Origin: Acidobacteriota bacterium
GTDB lineage: Bacteria; Acidobacteriota; UBA6911; JACQSX01
Direction: 5' to 3'
Assembly (NCBI GenBank): GCA_036507075.1
Contig: DASXQR010000228.1
Span: 32,001-96,000 of the forward strand
Length of the DNA: 64,000 nucleotides
Part shown: positions 30,661-40,875 of the stretch, one piece after another
Numbering within the stretch: position 1 is the first letter of the stretch
How the letters are laid out: each line of letters begins with the position of its first letter
Position numbers and translations under genes: made by a program
Notes under the pieces: generated by a model
Told to the model about the DNA's origin: nothing
The model's database searches: none
The model's input: the letters and a program-made list of their open reading frames with translations, nothing else

Positions 30661-30910
30661 TCACCACAGAGGCACAGCCCGGCCGTAGGCCGCAACCAAA
30701 AAGCCGTCCACGTTCGCGAGTACTTCCACGTCAACGACCACGTCTCAGGTCCACGAACACCACAAAATACAGACAGCCCCTCGATTCTGCGCAGTCTCTG
30801 ACCAACCGAGGGAAGTCGTAAACGTAATCGTGGACGTTGACGTGAACGTGCTCGTGAACGTGGACGGCTTTTTGGTTGCGGCCTACGGCCGGGTTGTGCC
30901 TCTGTGGTGA
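30661..30910. repeat. 250-bp palindromic composite repeat (MITE/REPIN-like)
   Basis: Ends TCACCACAGAGGCACA.CCCGGCCGTAGGCCGCAACCAAAAAGCCGTCCACGTTC and its reverse complement; close copy at 40876-41086. Confidence 0.9.
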
Positions 30911-31009
30911 GTTCTTTTTCTCGATGCCAGTCAAACTAGAGCACTACCGGAATTTGATCTCGTTTGACACGCTAATCTATGATAGCGAACGGATCGAACC
31001 AAGAAGCGT

Positions 31010-31447
31010 ATGAATTCTGCGCGAGTAGAGACCCGCGTGCCTCAGCATTACCACGGCAAGCCGATCGTATTTTTTGACGGCGTATGCGGAATGTGTAATA
31101 CGTTCGTGAACTTGCTTCTCAGGGTTGACCGAAAAGAGAAGTTTCTTTTTGCTCCCCTTCAGGGCGGCACAGCTCGCGAGTTGCTTCCTCCGCTTTCGGC
31201 GAACCCTCAAGATTGGTCGATGATCTATCTCGATGAGAATGGCATTCACGATCAATCCGATGCATCGCTGGAGGTGTACCGCCGTCTCGGAGGTATTTGG
31301 TGGTTTCTCAGCCTCGCGCGCCACATTCCACGGGCGATTCGTACACCTCTTTATCGCATCATCGCGCGCAATCGGTATCGCTGGTTCGGACGGAGGGATC
31401 AGTGCCGGGTTCCGACCGCGCGTGAAAAGGCGCGTTTTCTTCCTTAG
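31010..31447 (+). CDS. DCC1-like thiol-disulfide oxidoreductase (DUF393)
   Basis: FFDGVCGMC, FAPLQ, YRIIARNRYRWFG. Confidence 0.92.
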   Translation: MNSARVETRVPQHYHGKPIVFFDGVCGMCNTFVNLLLRVDRKEKFLFAPLQGGTARELLPPLSANPQDWSMIYLDENGIHDQSDASLEVYRRLGGIWWFLSLARHIPRAIRTPLYRIIARNRYRWFGRRDQCRVPTAREKARFLP

Positions 31448-31528
31448 TTCTCGCCGGATGGGGCAGCCGACAGAGCTGCTGCTAGAATGGTCTCAAGGAT
31501 GTCTGCGTTTGATTAAGTGGAGAAGCAT

Positions 31529-32035
31529 ATGTCAATAAGCCAGGCGCTACTGCCCGAGTTTGACCACGAGATGGTTAACACACGTAAGACTCTGGAACGA
31601 GTTCCGGATGACAGGTTGAGTTGGAAGCCTCATCAGAAATCGTTTTCATTAGGAGATCTGGCAACCCATCTCGCCAATCTTCCAAACTGGGCGTTGATCA
31701 CGATCAAGGAGGACTCATTTGATGTGGCTCCGCAAGGCCGGCCTGTTCGAGCTTCGCCAGCGAATTCGCGGAAAGAGATGCTTGTGATTTTCGACAAGAA
31801 TATCACGGCTGCACGCGCGGCAATCGCCGGGGCAAGCGATGAGCACCTACTCAAGCCCTGGTCGCTTTTGTCCGGGGGAAAAACGGTCCTTACACTGCCT
31901 CGAGTCGCGGTGTTGCGTAGTTCTGTGATGAACCATATCATCCACCATCGCGCGCAGCTCGGCGTTTACCTGCGTCTCAACGACATTGCGGTTCCCGCAA
32001 TCTACGGCCCTTCAGCCGATGAAGGCGGGATGTAG
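31529..32035 (+). CDS. DinB family protein
   Basis: WKPHQKS, LATHL, HIIHHRAQLGVYLR, PAIYGPSAD. Confidence 0.92.
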   Translation: MSISQALLPEFDHEMVNTRKTLERVPDDRLSWKPHQKSFSLGDLATHLANLPNWALITIKEDSFDVAPQGRPVRASPANSRKEMLVIFDKNITAARAAIAGASDEHLLKPWSLLSGGKTVLTLPRVAVLRSSVMNHIIHHRAQLGVYLRLNDIAVPAIYGPSADEGGM

Positions 32036-32278
32036 CGTCGGCAGAGTTTGCCTATGGACGTATTCACGGCAGAACCGGAGTGCAGCATAGCCGCAACCAA
32101 AAGCCGTCCACGTCTACGATCACGGGCACGCCTCTCAGTACAAACTGCGGCCGGCGTCTCAACTTAGAAACCAGAAACAGCACAGGGACAGCAATAGCAA
32201 GCTGACCCAGAGCCCATCCCTCGGCCCCGATATTACTCAGCGTAATTTGCGTAAATCGGCGGCCTATTTCTATCCGTG

Positions 32279-33241
32279 TCATTTCGCGTAAATCGGCGGC
32301 TGGTTCACCAGGATGGTCACTGTATAATCCGCCACTTCTTCAGCGGCTCCCGCGGTTCCAATGCCATGGAGGAGGAACAGGTAATCACCGGTTCGAAGGC
32401 CCCCGGCCGGCACGGTAAGCGAGACGACAGCTTCGCTCGCCGCACTGGAGCGGGGCCTGATGTTGTTGCGGTGGAAGATCTCGCGACCTTCCGCTGTTTC
32501 CAACGTCACGCGGTATGCCCCATAAACCCGACCACGGGGAATTCCCAACACAAAAGTCAGCTTCTCTGTGCCTGCAGGAATTTTGACCCTGTTTGGCTCG
32601 CCGCCGCCACGCGCCATTCCGGGCGCCAGCGCGATCGTCAGCGAAGAAGAGACAGAAGCTCGCGAACCCGGAGGCCCGATGGGCGGCCTGCGCGTCTGAC
32701 TTTGGTCGGGTTGTGGCATCGGCGGAGGCGGCCTGACATGGCTGCCCGCCAAGTTAGGAATTCCATTCGGCTGCTGCGCAACACCGGAAGAGTCGGGGAG
32801 GGGCTGGAGCTTTCTTACCAGCAGCCAAATCGACGCCACAAACAGCAACAACATGGCCGCCAGCGCAAGGTAATGAGAGCCGCGCCATCTTGAGAATGTG
32901 AAAATCGTCCCTTTCGTCGTGGTGATCCGGCTTACTGCGGCACTGTGCCCTTCGGTCGCTGACGCAGGGCCCGGCGACAGTTTCAACATCAGAGCCTGTG
33001 CGAGCTGAAGTCTGCGCCGGCCCTCCGGTGTGGCCAGGACTCTCGCCTCTACAATCCGCCGCTCCTCTTCCCTCAGCCCACCGCGAAGATAGTCGTAGAT
33101 CAGCTCATCTTCGAAGGCGCGGAGCTCCTCATAGGCTGCCTCATCAGAGAAGTACTGCGCCTCCAAACGGAGCTTCTCTTCCTCGGAAAGCTCTCCGGCC
33201 AGATACCGCAGCTTTATTTTGTCGCTCGGGGGATCATTCAT
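32279..33241 (-). CDS. Anti-sigma-factor-like single-pass membrane protein
   Basis: Duplicated YL.G.L.EEE helices, one TM, Pro-rich linker, C-terminal beta domain; downstream of an ECF-like sigma factor. Confidence 0.7.
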   Translation of the reverse strand: MNDPPSDKIKLRYLAGELSEEEKLRLEAQYFSDEAAYEELRAFEDELIYDYLRGGLREEERRIVEARVLATPEGRRRLQLAQALMLKLSPGPASATEGHSAAVSRITTTKGTIFTFSRWRGSHYLALAAMLLLFVASIWLLVRKLQPLPDSSGVAQQPNGIPNLAGSHVRPPPPMPQPDQSQTRRPPIGPPGSRASVSSSLTIALAPGMARGGGEPNRVKIPAGTEKLTFVLGIPRGRVYGAYRVTLETAEGREIFHRNNIRPRSSAASEAVVSLTVPAGGLRTGDYLFLLHGIGTAGAAEEVADYTVTILVNQPPIYAK

Positions 33242-33283
33242 CCGTTTTCAGGCTCGCAAACTCCGGACATAAGTGTTTCTCTC

Positions 33284-33916
33284 TTATTTAATGACGGAAT
33301 CGGCCGAGTATTTCAAACCATCGCCCAGGCACCGGGTCACACAAAGTTCGAGGCTCTGGCGAACCCGAAACAGGCGAATTCGCAATGCATTCAGGGGAAT
33401 CTGCAAATTGGCGGCCAGTTTACGCCGGTTTTCGATTCGGTCTCGCGCCTCGCCCGAATGGTATTGCAGCAGCAACCCCCTGCTATCGCTCGACAAGGAT
33501 CGCAGGCACCGGTCAAGGCATTCCAGCGTGCGTTCCCACTCTTCAACTGCATCAAAGTGGGTGTTGGAAAGGCCGGGGAGGTCTAGATGTGCAAGAGATT
33601 CAGGGTCGAGCGACTCGGTACGGCTTTCCGGAGCTCTCCAGTGCTCGCGCAAAAGGTTGACCGCTACGCCATGGAAGTAAAGGTAAGGATTACCCTGCAC
33701 GCTGGCGCCTTCGCCCAGCTTTCGAGCCACGCGATCCATGGCAATATCGACGTATTCGTAGGGCGTCGCGCAGCCGCGCCAGCGGAAAAAGTCGGCCAGC
33801 CTCTGCCGAATTTTTTCGTACTTCTCACCGGCCCGCTCCCGGTCGCTGTCGAGAAGATCCAGCAGCTTTTCGAACGCAGCCTGGTTGACAGTCCACTGCA
33901 CCTTGCGTTCTTTCAT
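33284..33916 (-). CDS. ECF-type RNA polymerase sigma factor-like protein
   Basis: AGEKYE..R.RL..FF.WRGC; C-terminal HTH CL..L...LLLQY...LA..L.I..NALRIR..R. Confidence 0.78.
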   Translation of the reverse strand: MKERKVQWTVNQAAFEKLLDLLDSDRERAGEKYEKIRQRLADFFRWRGCATPYEYVDIAMDRVARKLGEGASVQGNPYLYFHGVAVNLLREHWRAPESRTESLDPESLAHLDLPGLSNTHFDAVEEWERTLECLDRCLRSLSSDSRGLLLQYHSGEARDRIENRRKLAANLQIPLNALRIRLFRVRQSLELCVTRCLGDGLKYSADSVIK

Positions 33917-34573
33917 CGGTCGCTCAGATTAACGTCATCGGGCGGATCTGTCCAGGCAACTCCGAAACGCTCAAAGTCAAAAGTCGAAAGTCTAAGGTCG
34001 AAGGTCGAAAGTCGAAGGTCGAATACCGTAGCGACGCGGCATGCCGCGTCAGTGCCCGCGTACGCGGCATGCCGCGCCGCTACCGTCTTCGACTTTCGAC
34101 TTTCGACTTTCTCTACATGAATTGCTAAAAAGTTAAGTTTCTGCGGATTAGGCGCTCCCCCGATCTCCCCCAGACCAGCGATACCCGTCTCCGTCAAAAA
34201 AAATGCATTCCACACCGTTTTTTGACGTTTTGCCGACTGCCGACGTACTGGGGGCAGCCTGATCAATGTGCAGTCTGTGCCCTTATGTCAAACAGCGCCA
34301 ATAGGTTTCTAATGGCTCGCGCCCGCTGTAACTTCCATCACACAAATTGGAACGTGACGTGCATCACAGCGCCAGCCAAGGTTGGAACTCGTTTCAACTA
34401 AAGACTTTTTTCCTGGGCGACTCTCGATGATAACGGCAACGGTGGCATACGCGCACACAACAAAAACGCAAGCCAGGCTTGTCGAGACCGGACCTGTGCG
34501 GGTTGGTCTGCTGCCCGGTCGACTCAACGAGAGGTTGTCTGGTCTTGGCAGAGTGCGGCTCTTCGAGAACGAC

Positions 34574-36562
34574 ATGCGGGACAGCGCCCGCATTTATATA
34601 TCCACGATCATCCTCGCAGGTTTTACCACCTTGATGTTCGCAATGCATCACGTGCTGGTCGGCCATGAAATGCGATGGCTGTATCTGGCAGCCCTGACCT
34701 GCCTGGGCAGTTTTTTCCCGGTGACGCTTCCCAGCCTCTCACGAAGCGGGCGGGGAATTGCCATAACGGTCAGCGACATCTTTGTTTTCGCCGCGATTCC
34801 CTTTTTTGGGACCGAGGTTGCCGTCACCATCGCCGCGATTGATGCGACACTCGGCAATTTTCAAATACGTAAATCTATCCGGCACTTTTATAAGCATCTT
34901 TTTAATGTGGCGCAGCTTTCGGTTGTTACGTTCCTGACGGGCACTTTATTCGAACGGCTCAATCCCCAACACCAGTCTCAAACCGGAGCACACGACGTCC
35001 TGGGTTTACTTCTCGCTATTACGGTTTGCTCTCTTTTTTATTTCCTCTTGAATTCCGGTGCAGTCGGCTTGGCCATCAGCCTCGCCTCGGGCCAGCCGCT
35101 GATGAAAGTCTGGAAGGAACATTTCCTATGGACGACCCTGACAAACCTTCCGGGAGCGGCAGCGGCAGCGGCTATCTGTATCAACTTCGAGCGCACACAT
35201 TTCCTTGCGTTGGCCACCATCATTCCCATCGGGATGATCCTGTACCACGCCTACAGGATGCATTTGAATGAGTTGAAATCCGTTCACAAATATCTGAACA
35301 AGATGAACGATCTGTTTCATTCAACAATCGCATCGCTGGCGATGGCAATTGACGCAAAGGATACTTGCACGTACGGGCATATTCATCGAGTTCAGGCGCT
35401 TGCGCTGGGATTGGCCAGATGCTGCGGCGTTACGGATGAAACCGAGCTGGAGGCTCTCCGGGCGGCCGCCCTTTTGCACGACGTCGGAAAGCTGTCCGTG
35501 CCCGAATACATCCTGAACAAACCGTCAAAGCTGACGGGCTCAGAAGTCTATAAGATGAGGAGTCATGTCACCGTTGGCGCCAACATCCTGGCAACGGTGC
35601 CTTTCCCCTATCCAGTCGTCCCGATCGTCAAGTACCACCACGAAAAGTGGGATGGCACTGGTTATCCGGAGGGCATAAAAGGCACACAAATTCCTCTTGG
35701 AGCTCGGATCCTGGCTGTGAGTGATTGTTATGATGCGCTCCGATACGACCGTCCTTATCGTCCGCGAGTGGATCGCGAGGGAGCGCTGCACCTGATCATG
35801 AAAGAGTCAGGTAAGTCTTTCGATCCGGAGATTGTGAAGAACCTGGCGGTAAATATCGACTCTCTGGAGTTTGAAATTCAGCAAAGTGCAGCGAGCGAGT
35901 CCGTGTCCCCGCCTCATCCGGCCGGCACGGCGGCGGCGGAAAAGACTCAGGCAGATGGCAACCGCTGTGAGAACGGTGATTTTAATTCCCTGGCTACCTC
36001 AATGTTTGATTCGTCTCACCTGACTCAACTGGCACAAACGCTGACGTTGGAACTGGGCATTCATGAGACCGCCCGTCGCACGTTGGACACGGCCCGGAAA
36101 CACATACATTGCGACGCGGCGGCAATTTTTCTGGTACATACAACATCCGAAAAACTGATCCCGATTCACTGCACCGGTTTCGGCTCTGAACAGCTCCAGC
36201 AAACGGTGCTCAGACCGGGAGAGGGTGTGACGGGGTGGGTAGCTGCGAACAATCAATCTATACTTAACGGCGCGGCCAATGGCGATTTCCCCGGCGCGCC
36301 AAAGCTGGCCTCCTGCTTGAAAACCGCTCTGGCAACTCCACTATTTACCGAACGGGGCGTAATCGGGGTAATCACGCTGTACTCATCGACGCATAATCTT
36401 TTCGATCCTGAATGCCTGCGGTATTTGCACATCCTCTCCTTTTATTCCGCCCTTGCCATCAACAACGCCATCCTGCGGGAAAGATTTACGCCAGAGTTTT
36501 CGCCTTCCGACATTCCCTTCCCGGCTGAGCACTCGGTAAATAAGTTCACCATAGAGGCTTGA
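34574..36562 (+). CDS. Membrane HD-GYP phosphodiesterase with C-terminal GAF domain
   Basis: N-terminal TMs; AIDAKD..T.GH, LHDVGK, HHEKWDGTGYP; GEGVTGWVA GAF motif. Confidence 0.9.
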   Translation: MRDSARIYISTIILAGFTTLMFAMHHVLVGHEMRWLYLAALTCLGSFFPVTLPSLSRSGRGIAITVSDIFVFAAIPFFGTEVAVTIAAIDATLGNFQIRKSIRHFYKHLFNVAQLSVVTFLTGTLFERLNPQHQSQTGAHDVLGLLLAITVCSLFYFLLNSGAVGLAISLASGQPLMKVWKEHFLWTTLTNLPGAAAAAAICINFERTHFLALATIIPIGMILYHAYRMHLNELKSVHKYLNKMNDLFHSTIASLAMAIDAKDTCTYGHIHRVQALALGLARCCGVTDETELEALRAAALLHDVGKLSVPEYILNKPSKLTGSEVYKMRSHVTVGANILATVPFPYPVVPIVKYHHEKWDGTGYPEGIKGTQIPLGARILAVSDCYDALRYDRPYRPRVDREGALHLIMKESGKSFDPEIVKNLAVNIDSLEFEIQQSAASESVSPPHPAGTAAAEKTQADGNRCENGDFNSLATSMFDSSHLTQLAQTLTLELGIHETARRTLDTARKHIHCDAAAIFLVHTTSEKLIPIHCTGFGSEQLQQTVLRPGEGVTGWVAANNQSILNGAANGDFPGAPKLASCLKTALATPLFTERGVIGVITLYSSTHNLFDPECLRYLHILSFYSALAINNAILRERFTPEFSPSDIPFPAEHSVNKFTIEA

Positions 36563-36607
36563 CGCGGCCGCAGACCGCGTGGAGTTGGAACATTTCCAAG
36601 CGCGGGC

Positions 36608-36804
36608 TCAGAACCTGTGAATAAATTCAAAAAGCTTGAACCGCGAAGAACGCCAAGAACGCTAAGCTCATCATGGGTCCGAACAACCGGCTGACTGCAA
36701 ACAATTGAAAGTTCTGAAGAAGTGTCACGTGTAAAGTGCAGTAACATTTGAACTGCCGGACTGAAAAAGAAATTCTTAGCGTTCTTCGCGTTCTTGGCGG
36801 TTCA
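36608..36804. repeat. About 200-bp MITE-like repeat; inverted near-identical copy at 50810-51006
   Basis: Inverted arms TGAACCGCSAAGAACGCSAAGAACG and a shared internal sequence. Confidence 0.88.
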
Positions 36805-36924
36805 TTTTTTTGATTCTTGCTTGCGGTTTAAAATCAAGGACTTGTGCATGATTTCCTCCTGGAATGGGGCCCACCGCAGTCCCGAATCCAGTTGAGCTTG
36901 ATATGATTATATTAGGGGGTTCAC

Positions 36925-37254
36925 GTGGAAGCTCGACCAAGGAGATCCGGGGGCAAACTCGTGAACGGAAGGTCAAAAAAAAGAGAAGCGACGGCGATAC
37001 TAATTCAAGAGTACAGGACGCCGGTGCAAAGCGAAGGCGTGACATACATTGCGCGTGCTTACGGAAAAAGGAGGCACGATGGCACCTGGGCGGGATGGCT
37101 TGCGTTTCATCCGACCACGGCCGGTAAGCCGATATTGCGCACCGGGCAAGAGACATCACAGCCTACCCGAGTAACAATCGACTACTGGGCTTCCGGCTTG
37201 GAACCGGTTTATTTTGAGGGGGCGCTGGAGCGCGCGCGGGAACGACAACGTTAG
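36925..37254 (+). CDS. Small hypothetical protein (start uncertain)
   Basis: Protein-like core DGTWAGWLAF, LRTGQETSQP, YWASGLEPVYFEGALERA. Confidence 0.65.
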   Translation: MEARPRRSGGKLVNGRSKKREATAILIQEYRTPVQSEGVTYIARAYGKRRHDGTWAGWLAFHPTTAGKPILRTGQETSQPTRVTIDYWASGLEPVYFEGALERARERQR

Positions 37255-37310
37255 CTCGCGCTTCACTCATCGAATCAAAAGGCTTCCTTCAATCGACGAA
37301 TACCGCGTCG

Positions 37311-38303
37311 TCACTCATGTTTCTTTGACAATCCCAGAATCCTCGCCGCATTCCCCGATCGAATCATCTCCTTGTCCGCCTCGGAAATCGAAAGCGCGGC
37401 GATGCTCTCCTTCATCAAGGCCAGGCTGCCAATCTGATGCGGATAGTCGCTCCCTGCCAGCATGTGGTCGGCTCCGGCAAACCTGATCGCCAGCATCAGG
37501 GCGTTTACGTCGAAGTTTACCGTGTCGTAGTAGAAGGTCTTCAGATACTCGCTCGGCGCCCGATCGATGTAGGCGCGGCAATCCGAGAATGCGCAATAAC
37601 CGCGGTCGAGTCGCTCTGCCAGATACGGCACGGCCCCGCCCAGGTGCGCCAGCACCCAGGTGATTCGCGGGAACCGATGAACCACGCCGCTGAACACGAG
37701 TTTTCCAGCCGCCAGCGTCGTGTCCATCAGGAAGCCAACCAATGGCATCAGCCAGTATTCGGTCATTGCTTCCACGCCGACCGGATGAATCGGATGGATG
37801 TAAAGCACAGCTTCAAGCTCGTTCGCCTTTTCGTAGAGCGGCCAGTAGCGTTTATCGTCCAATCCCATACCGTTTACGTTGCTGAACAACATCGCGCCGC
37901 TAAAACCGAGACGTGTGACGGCTCGTTCGAGTTCTGCGACCGAACCTGCCGGCTCGTTCAGAGGAAGCGTGGCCAGCGCGGCAAAACGCCCTTTGCCGCT
38001 TGCCACGACCTCTGCGAACCGGTCGTTGACCATCTGCGCCAAAGCCACCGCGCGAGCGGGGGTCTCGATATGCGTTCCCGGTGAGGTGAACGTCAGGACC
38101 TGCATGTCGACGGCTGTCTCCTCGAGTACCTGCCGCCGATACTCGATGTCGCGATGCCCGGGCACGACGATGTTGTAGTCGCCGGGATAATGCAGCCGCG
38201 GATTCCCTTCATCGTCGACAGTCAGCTTGACATTGGTGGGGCCTGCCCGCAGCGCCTCGAGATAGGCAGGCGGGTAGTAATGATTATGAAAGTCGATGAT
38301 CAT
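37311..38303 (-). CDS. Amidohydrolase family protein (ACMSD-like decarboxylase clade)
   Basis: IDFHNH, IHP, HLGG, GSDYPH, GNAARIL. Confidence 0.9.
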   Translation of the reverse strand: MIIDFHNHYYPPAYLEALRAGPTNVKLTVDDEGNPRLHYPGDYNIVVPGHRDIEYRRQVLEETAVDMQVLTFTSPGTHIETPARAVALAQMVNDRFAEVVASGKGRFAALATLPLNEPAGSVAELERAVTRLGFSGAMLFSNVNGMGLDDKRYWPLYEKANELEAVLYIHPIHPVGVEAMTEYWLMPLVGFLMDTTLAAGKLVFSGVVHRFPRITWVLAHLGGAVPYLAERLDRGYCAFSDCRAYIDRAPSEYLKTFYYDTVNFDVNALMLAIRFAGADHMLAGSDYPHQIGSLALMKESIAALSISEADKEMIRSGNAARILGLSKKHE

Positions 38304-38337
38304 GAAGGTGGGCCTCAGTCATTAGTAGGCATTTGTT

Positions 38338-39645
38338 TTACGATTTTGCGCCCCAAAAATAATAAGCCGGCCAGCCCAGAGCGACCAAGCCCAGACCGAT
38401 GGCGCTTTCCCGCGGATCCGATGCGATCTGATTCAACACGATGAACAACGACGCAACAATGAAGATAGCCGGCAAAACCGGATATCCCCATGTGCGGTAC
38501 GCGGGGGCATAGTCGGGCCGCCGGCGCAGCAGGAAGAGTCCCAGCACCATTAATCCGAAGAATATCCACTCGGTATAAATGACTCGAGTGAAGAGTGCCC
38601 GGTAACTGCCCGTCGCCACCAGCATGGAAGCCCAGACGGCCTGCAGCATGATGGCTCGATGCGGTGTCTGAAAACGCGGATGCACTGCGGCGATCCAGGA
38701 AAACAGCACTCCGTCGCGCGCCATGGCAAAGTACACCCGAGGACCCGCCAGGACGATGCCGCTCAAGGCTCCAAATGTCGAAAAGATCACGAGCGCGGAA
38801 ACGGCGCCACCGCCGCCCGTGCCGAAGAGAGTCTCAGCGGCGTCGGCTGCCACGCGCGTCGACGACACTACCTGCTCGAGCGGGAGCACGTGAAAGTAGG
38901 CCGCATTAAGCGCCACATAGCAGGCGGTGACCACCAGCGTTCCGATCATCAGCGCAAGCGGGATGGTCCGTTCAGGCCTGCGCGTTTCCCCGGCCGTGTA
39001 GGTGACCATGTGCCAGCCGCCGAACGCGAAAAGACCGGCGGCCACAGCGAGCGCGAACTTGTGAACAGGAATCCGGTGGCCGGCAGCGGCGCCCCCCGCA
39101 GACACGCCCGACGAGCCGAGTGTCAGAAGCAGGAGAATCGCCACGACCGCGATTCCCTTGCCGAGAGTGAAAAGCGCTTGCACCCTGCTTCCCTGCTTCA
39201 CCCCGGCGTAGTTTATGCCCGAAAGCACCAGAATTCCGCCGATGGCGACGAGACGGGCGCCGATTTCATCAAGCCGGACAAAATACCCCACGTAACGAGC
39301 AAAGATGACCGCGATGGCCGCGATGATGCCCGTGTGCATGCTCCAAAACATCGCCCAGCCCCACAGAAAACCCAGCGCCGGCGAATAAGTCTCCCTGAGA
39401 AATACATAAACGCCACCCGTTTGGGGAAAAGCCGACGCCAGCTCGGCACAGGCGAGCGCGCCGCAGAATGTCAGCAATCCGGCGACGGCCCACGCCAGGA
39501 ACACGCCGGTTATGGAAGGAACCTGTCGCGTGATTTCGGAGGGCTGGACAAAGATCGATGCCCCGATGATGGTTCCCACCACCATCGCCGTCGCATGCCC
39601 GAGACCCATCACGCGTTTGAGTTCTGTCAGGCGAGTACCATCCAT
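38338..39645 (-). CDS. APC family amino acid permease
   Basis: GTIIGASIF, AEL...P..GG.Y, FAFGGW, RVYFAMARDG, HPRFQTP. Confidence 0.92.
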   Translation of the reverse strand: MDGTRLTELKRVMGLGHATAMVVGTIIGASIFVQPSEITRQVPSITGVFLAWAVAGLLTFCGALACAELASAFPQTGGVYVFLRETYSPALGFLWGWAMFWSMHTGIIAAIAVIFARYVGYFVRLDEIGARLVAIGGILVLSGINYAGVKQGSRVQALFTLGKGIAVVAILLLLTLGSSGVSAGGAAAGHRIPVHKFALAVAAGLFAFGGWHMVTYTAGETRRPERTIPLALMIGTLVVTACYVALNAAYFHVLPLEQVVSSTRVAADAAETLFGTGGGGAVSALVIFSTFGALSGIVLAGPRVYFAMARDGVLFSWIAAVHPRFQTPHRAIMLQAVWASMLVATGSYRALFTRVIYTEWIFFGLMVLGLFLLRRRPDYAPAYRTWGYPVLPAIFIVASLFIVLNQIASDPRESAIGLGLVALGWPAYYFWGAKS

Positions 39646-40208
39646 GCCGCCAGCGCCGCCGCTTTCTCCTCGGCCCGCCACCGGCCTCCGAGTGGTGATC
39701 CAAGCGCGGTCACGTCCTTCTTCAATTTGAGTTCAGGCGTTCGCAGGTTCTGCGACGCTCTGGTAAGAAGTTGCCTTTCGACTGTGACCGTTGTCGCCAG
39801 GCCGGCATTCCTGCCGGCGTTTTCAATCACCACACGAAACAATCGACCCTCCTCGGCGTGCGCGCGAATGTGCTCGTTGTGGATGGTTGCCGGATCGACT
39901 TGACTTCCCACCACAAGCCCTATTCCCAGAACGCGATATCCGGCGTCGTGGTACTGGGTAAGAAGTTCCGCCACGGCGCGACTTCCAAAGCGCTCGACAA
40001 TTTTGACCAGTCGCGCAACTGCCTTGACCCCATCCCCCGCCGGCAGATCGAGAGCCGCGTGGTACGGCTGGCATGATGCCGGAATTGCGGGATCGGAAAG
40101 CTGGACTACGCGACGATCAATAACCTTTGGCGCTTCCATCGGGCCGCCAAGCAGGACGGCGGTCGCCCAACCTGATTTCACGCGAAACCCGACCGCTGTT
40201 GTTTCCAA
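39627..40208 (-). CDS. Hypothetical protein (start uncertain)
   Basis: GFRVKSGWATAV, QPYHAA, HIRAHAEEG, W.AEEK.AALAAW; overlaps the permease start. Confidence 0.65.
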   Translation of the reverse strand: METTAVGFRVKSGWATAVLLGGPMEAPKVIDRRVVQLSDPAIPASCQPYHAALDLPAGDGVKAVARLVKIVERFGSRAVAELLTQYHDAGYRVLGIGLVVGSQVDPATIHNEHIRAHAEEGRLFRVVIENAGRNAGLATTVTVERQLLTRASQNLRTPELKLKKDVTALGSPLGGRWRAEEKAAALAAWMVLA

Positions 40209-40551
40209 AGGGCCTCCTGAATCCCCATAAGATAAAGCAGCATACTTGAACAAAACAAAATTCACTACAAAGGTACAAAGAACACATGGAAATTTTTTCA
40301 TACATGCTCAAAGTGCCGCAAGACGGAGAATACAGTTCTGGCAAGCAATTACGTTCCATTTGTCCGCTCTTGGCGTCCATTGTTGCAGGACCGCTGCCCG
40401 TCCCTTTGAGTTCCATTACTCTCAGACGATGCTAGACTGATTTTGTAAGCTCTAAAGTGCGGCAGTAACGAGGCAGCGTGCCAAAATTGATTCGGGGATA
40501 TTCAGGAGATCTGGCCGACTTCCGCGCTCCTTTGATCCGGCTGTTAGGATT

Positions 40552-40851
40552 ATGCAAAGAGAAGAACTCGAACAAATTGAACAATACATCATCGACTTCT
40601 TTGGCAGGCGAAAGACAACGCGATTGCTTACAAAAGAGATCTTCGCCGGTGCGGTTGCTTACACAAGTGCAGATCTGGTGAGGGCGTTTGTAGAGCTGGA
40701 AAAGAAATGGCGGCTGCTGGTCAGATATACCGACGCAGGAAATGACTGGGTGCGCCTGACGCCGGAAGGCGCCAGAAGCGTCGGTCTCGACGAAACCAAG
40801 ACTACCGTCAAGCGCGGAAGATTGCCTCATCCGCCAAAAGGCGCACCCTGA
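40552..40851 (+). CDS. Small hypothetical protein, possibly winged-helix
   Basis: 99 aa; LVRAFVELEK...LL...WVRLTPEG pattern. Confidence 0.5.
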   Translation: MQREELEQIEQYIIDFFGRRKTTRLLTKEIFAGAVAYTSADLVRAFVELEKKWRLLVRYTDAGNDWVRLTPEGARSVGLDETKTTVKRGRLPHPPKGAP

Positions 40852-40875
40852 TCGTCTACGAGCCAATTAATTTTT

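Noticed and set aside
36945..37000. c-di-GMP-I riboswitch (GGCAAAC) near the HD-GYP gene
   Set aside because: Lacks the GAAA-capped stem and the GACGCAAAG continuation
38659..39903. Plus-strand ORF of 414 aa
   Set aside because: Antisense shadow of the permease in GC-rich DNA
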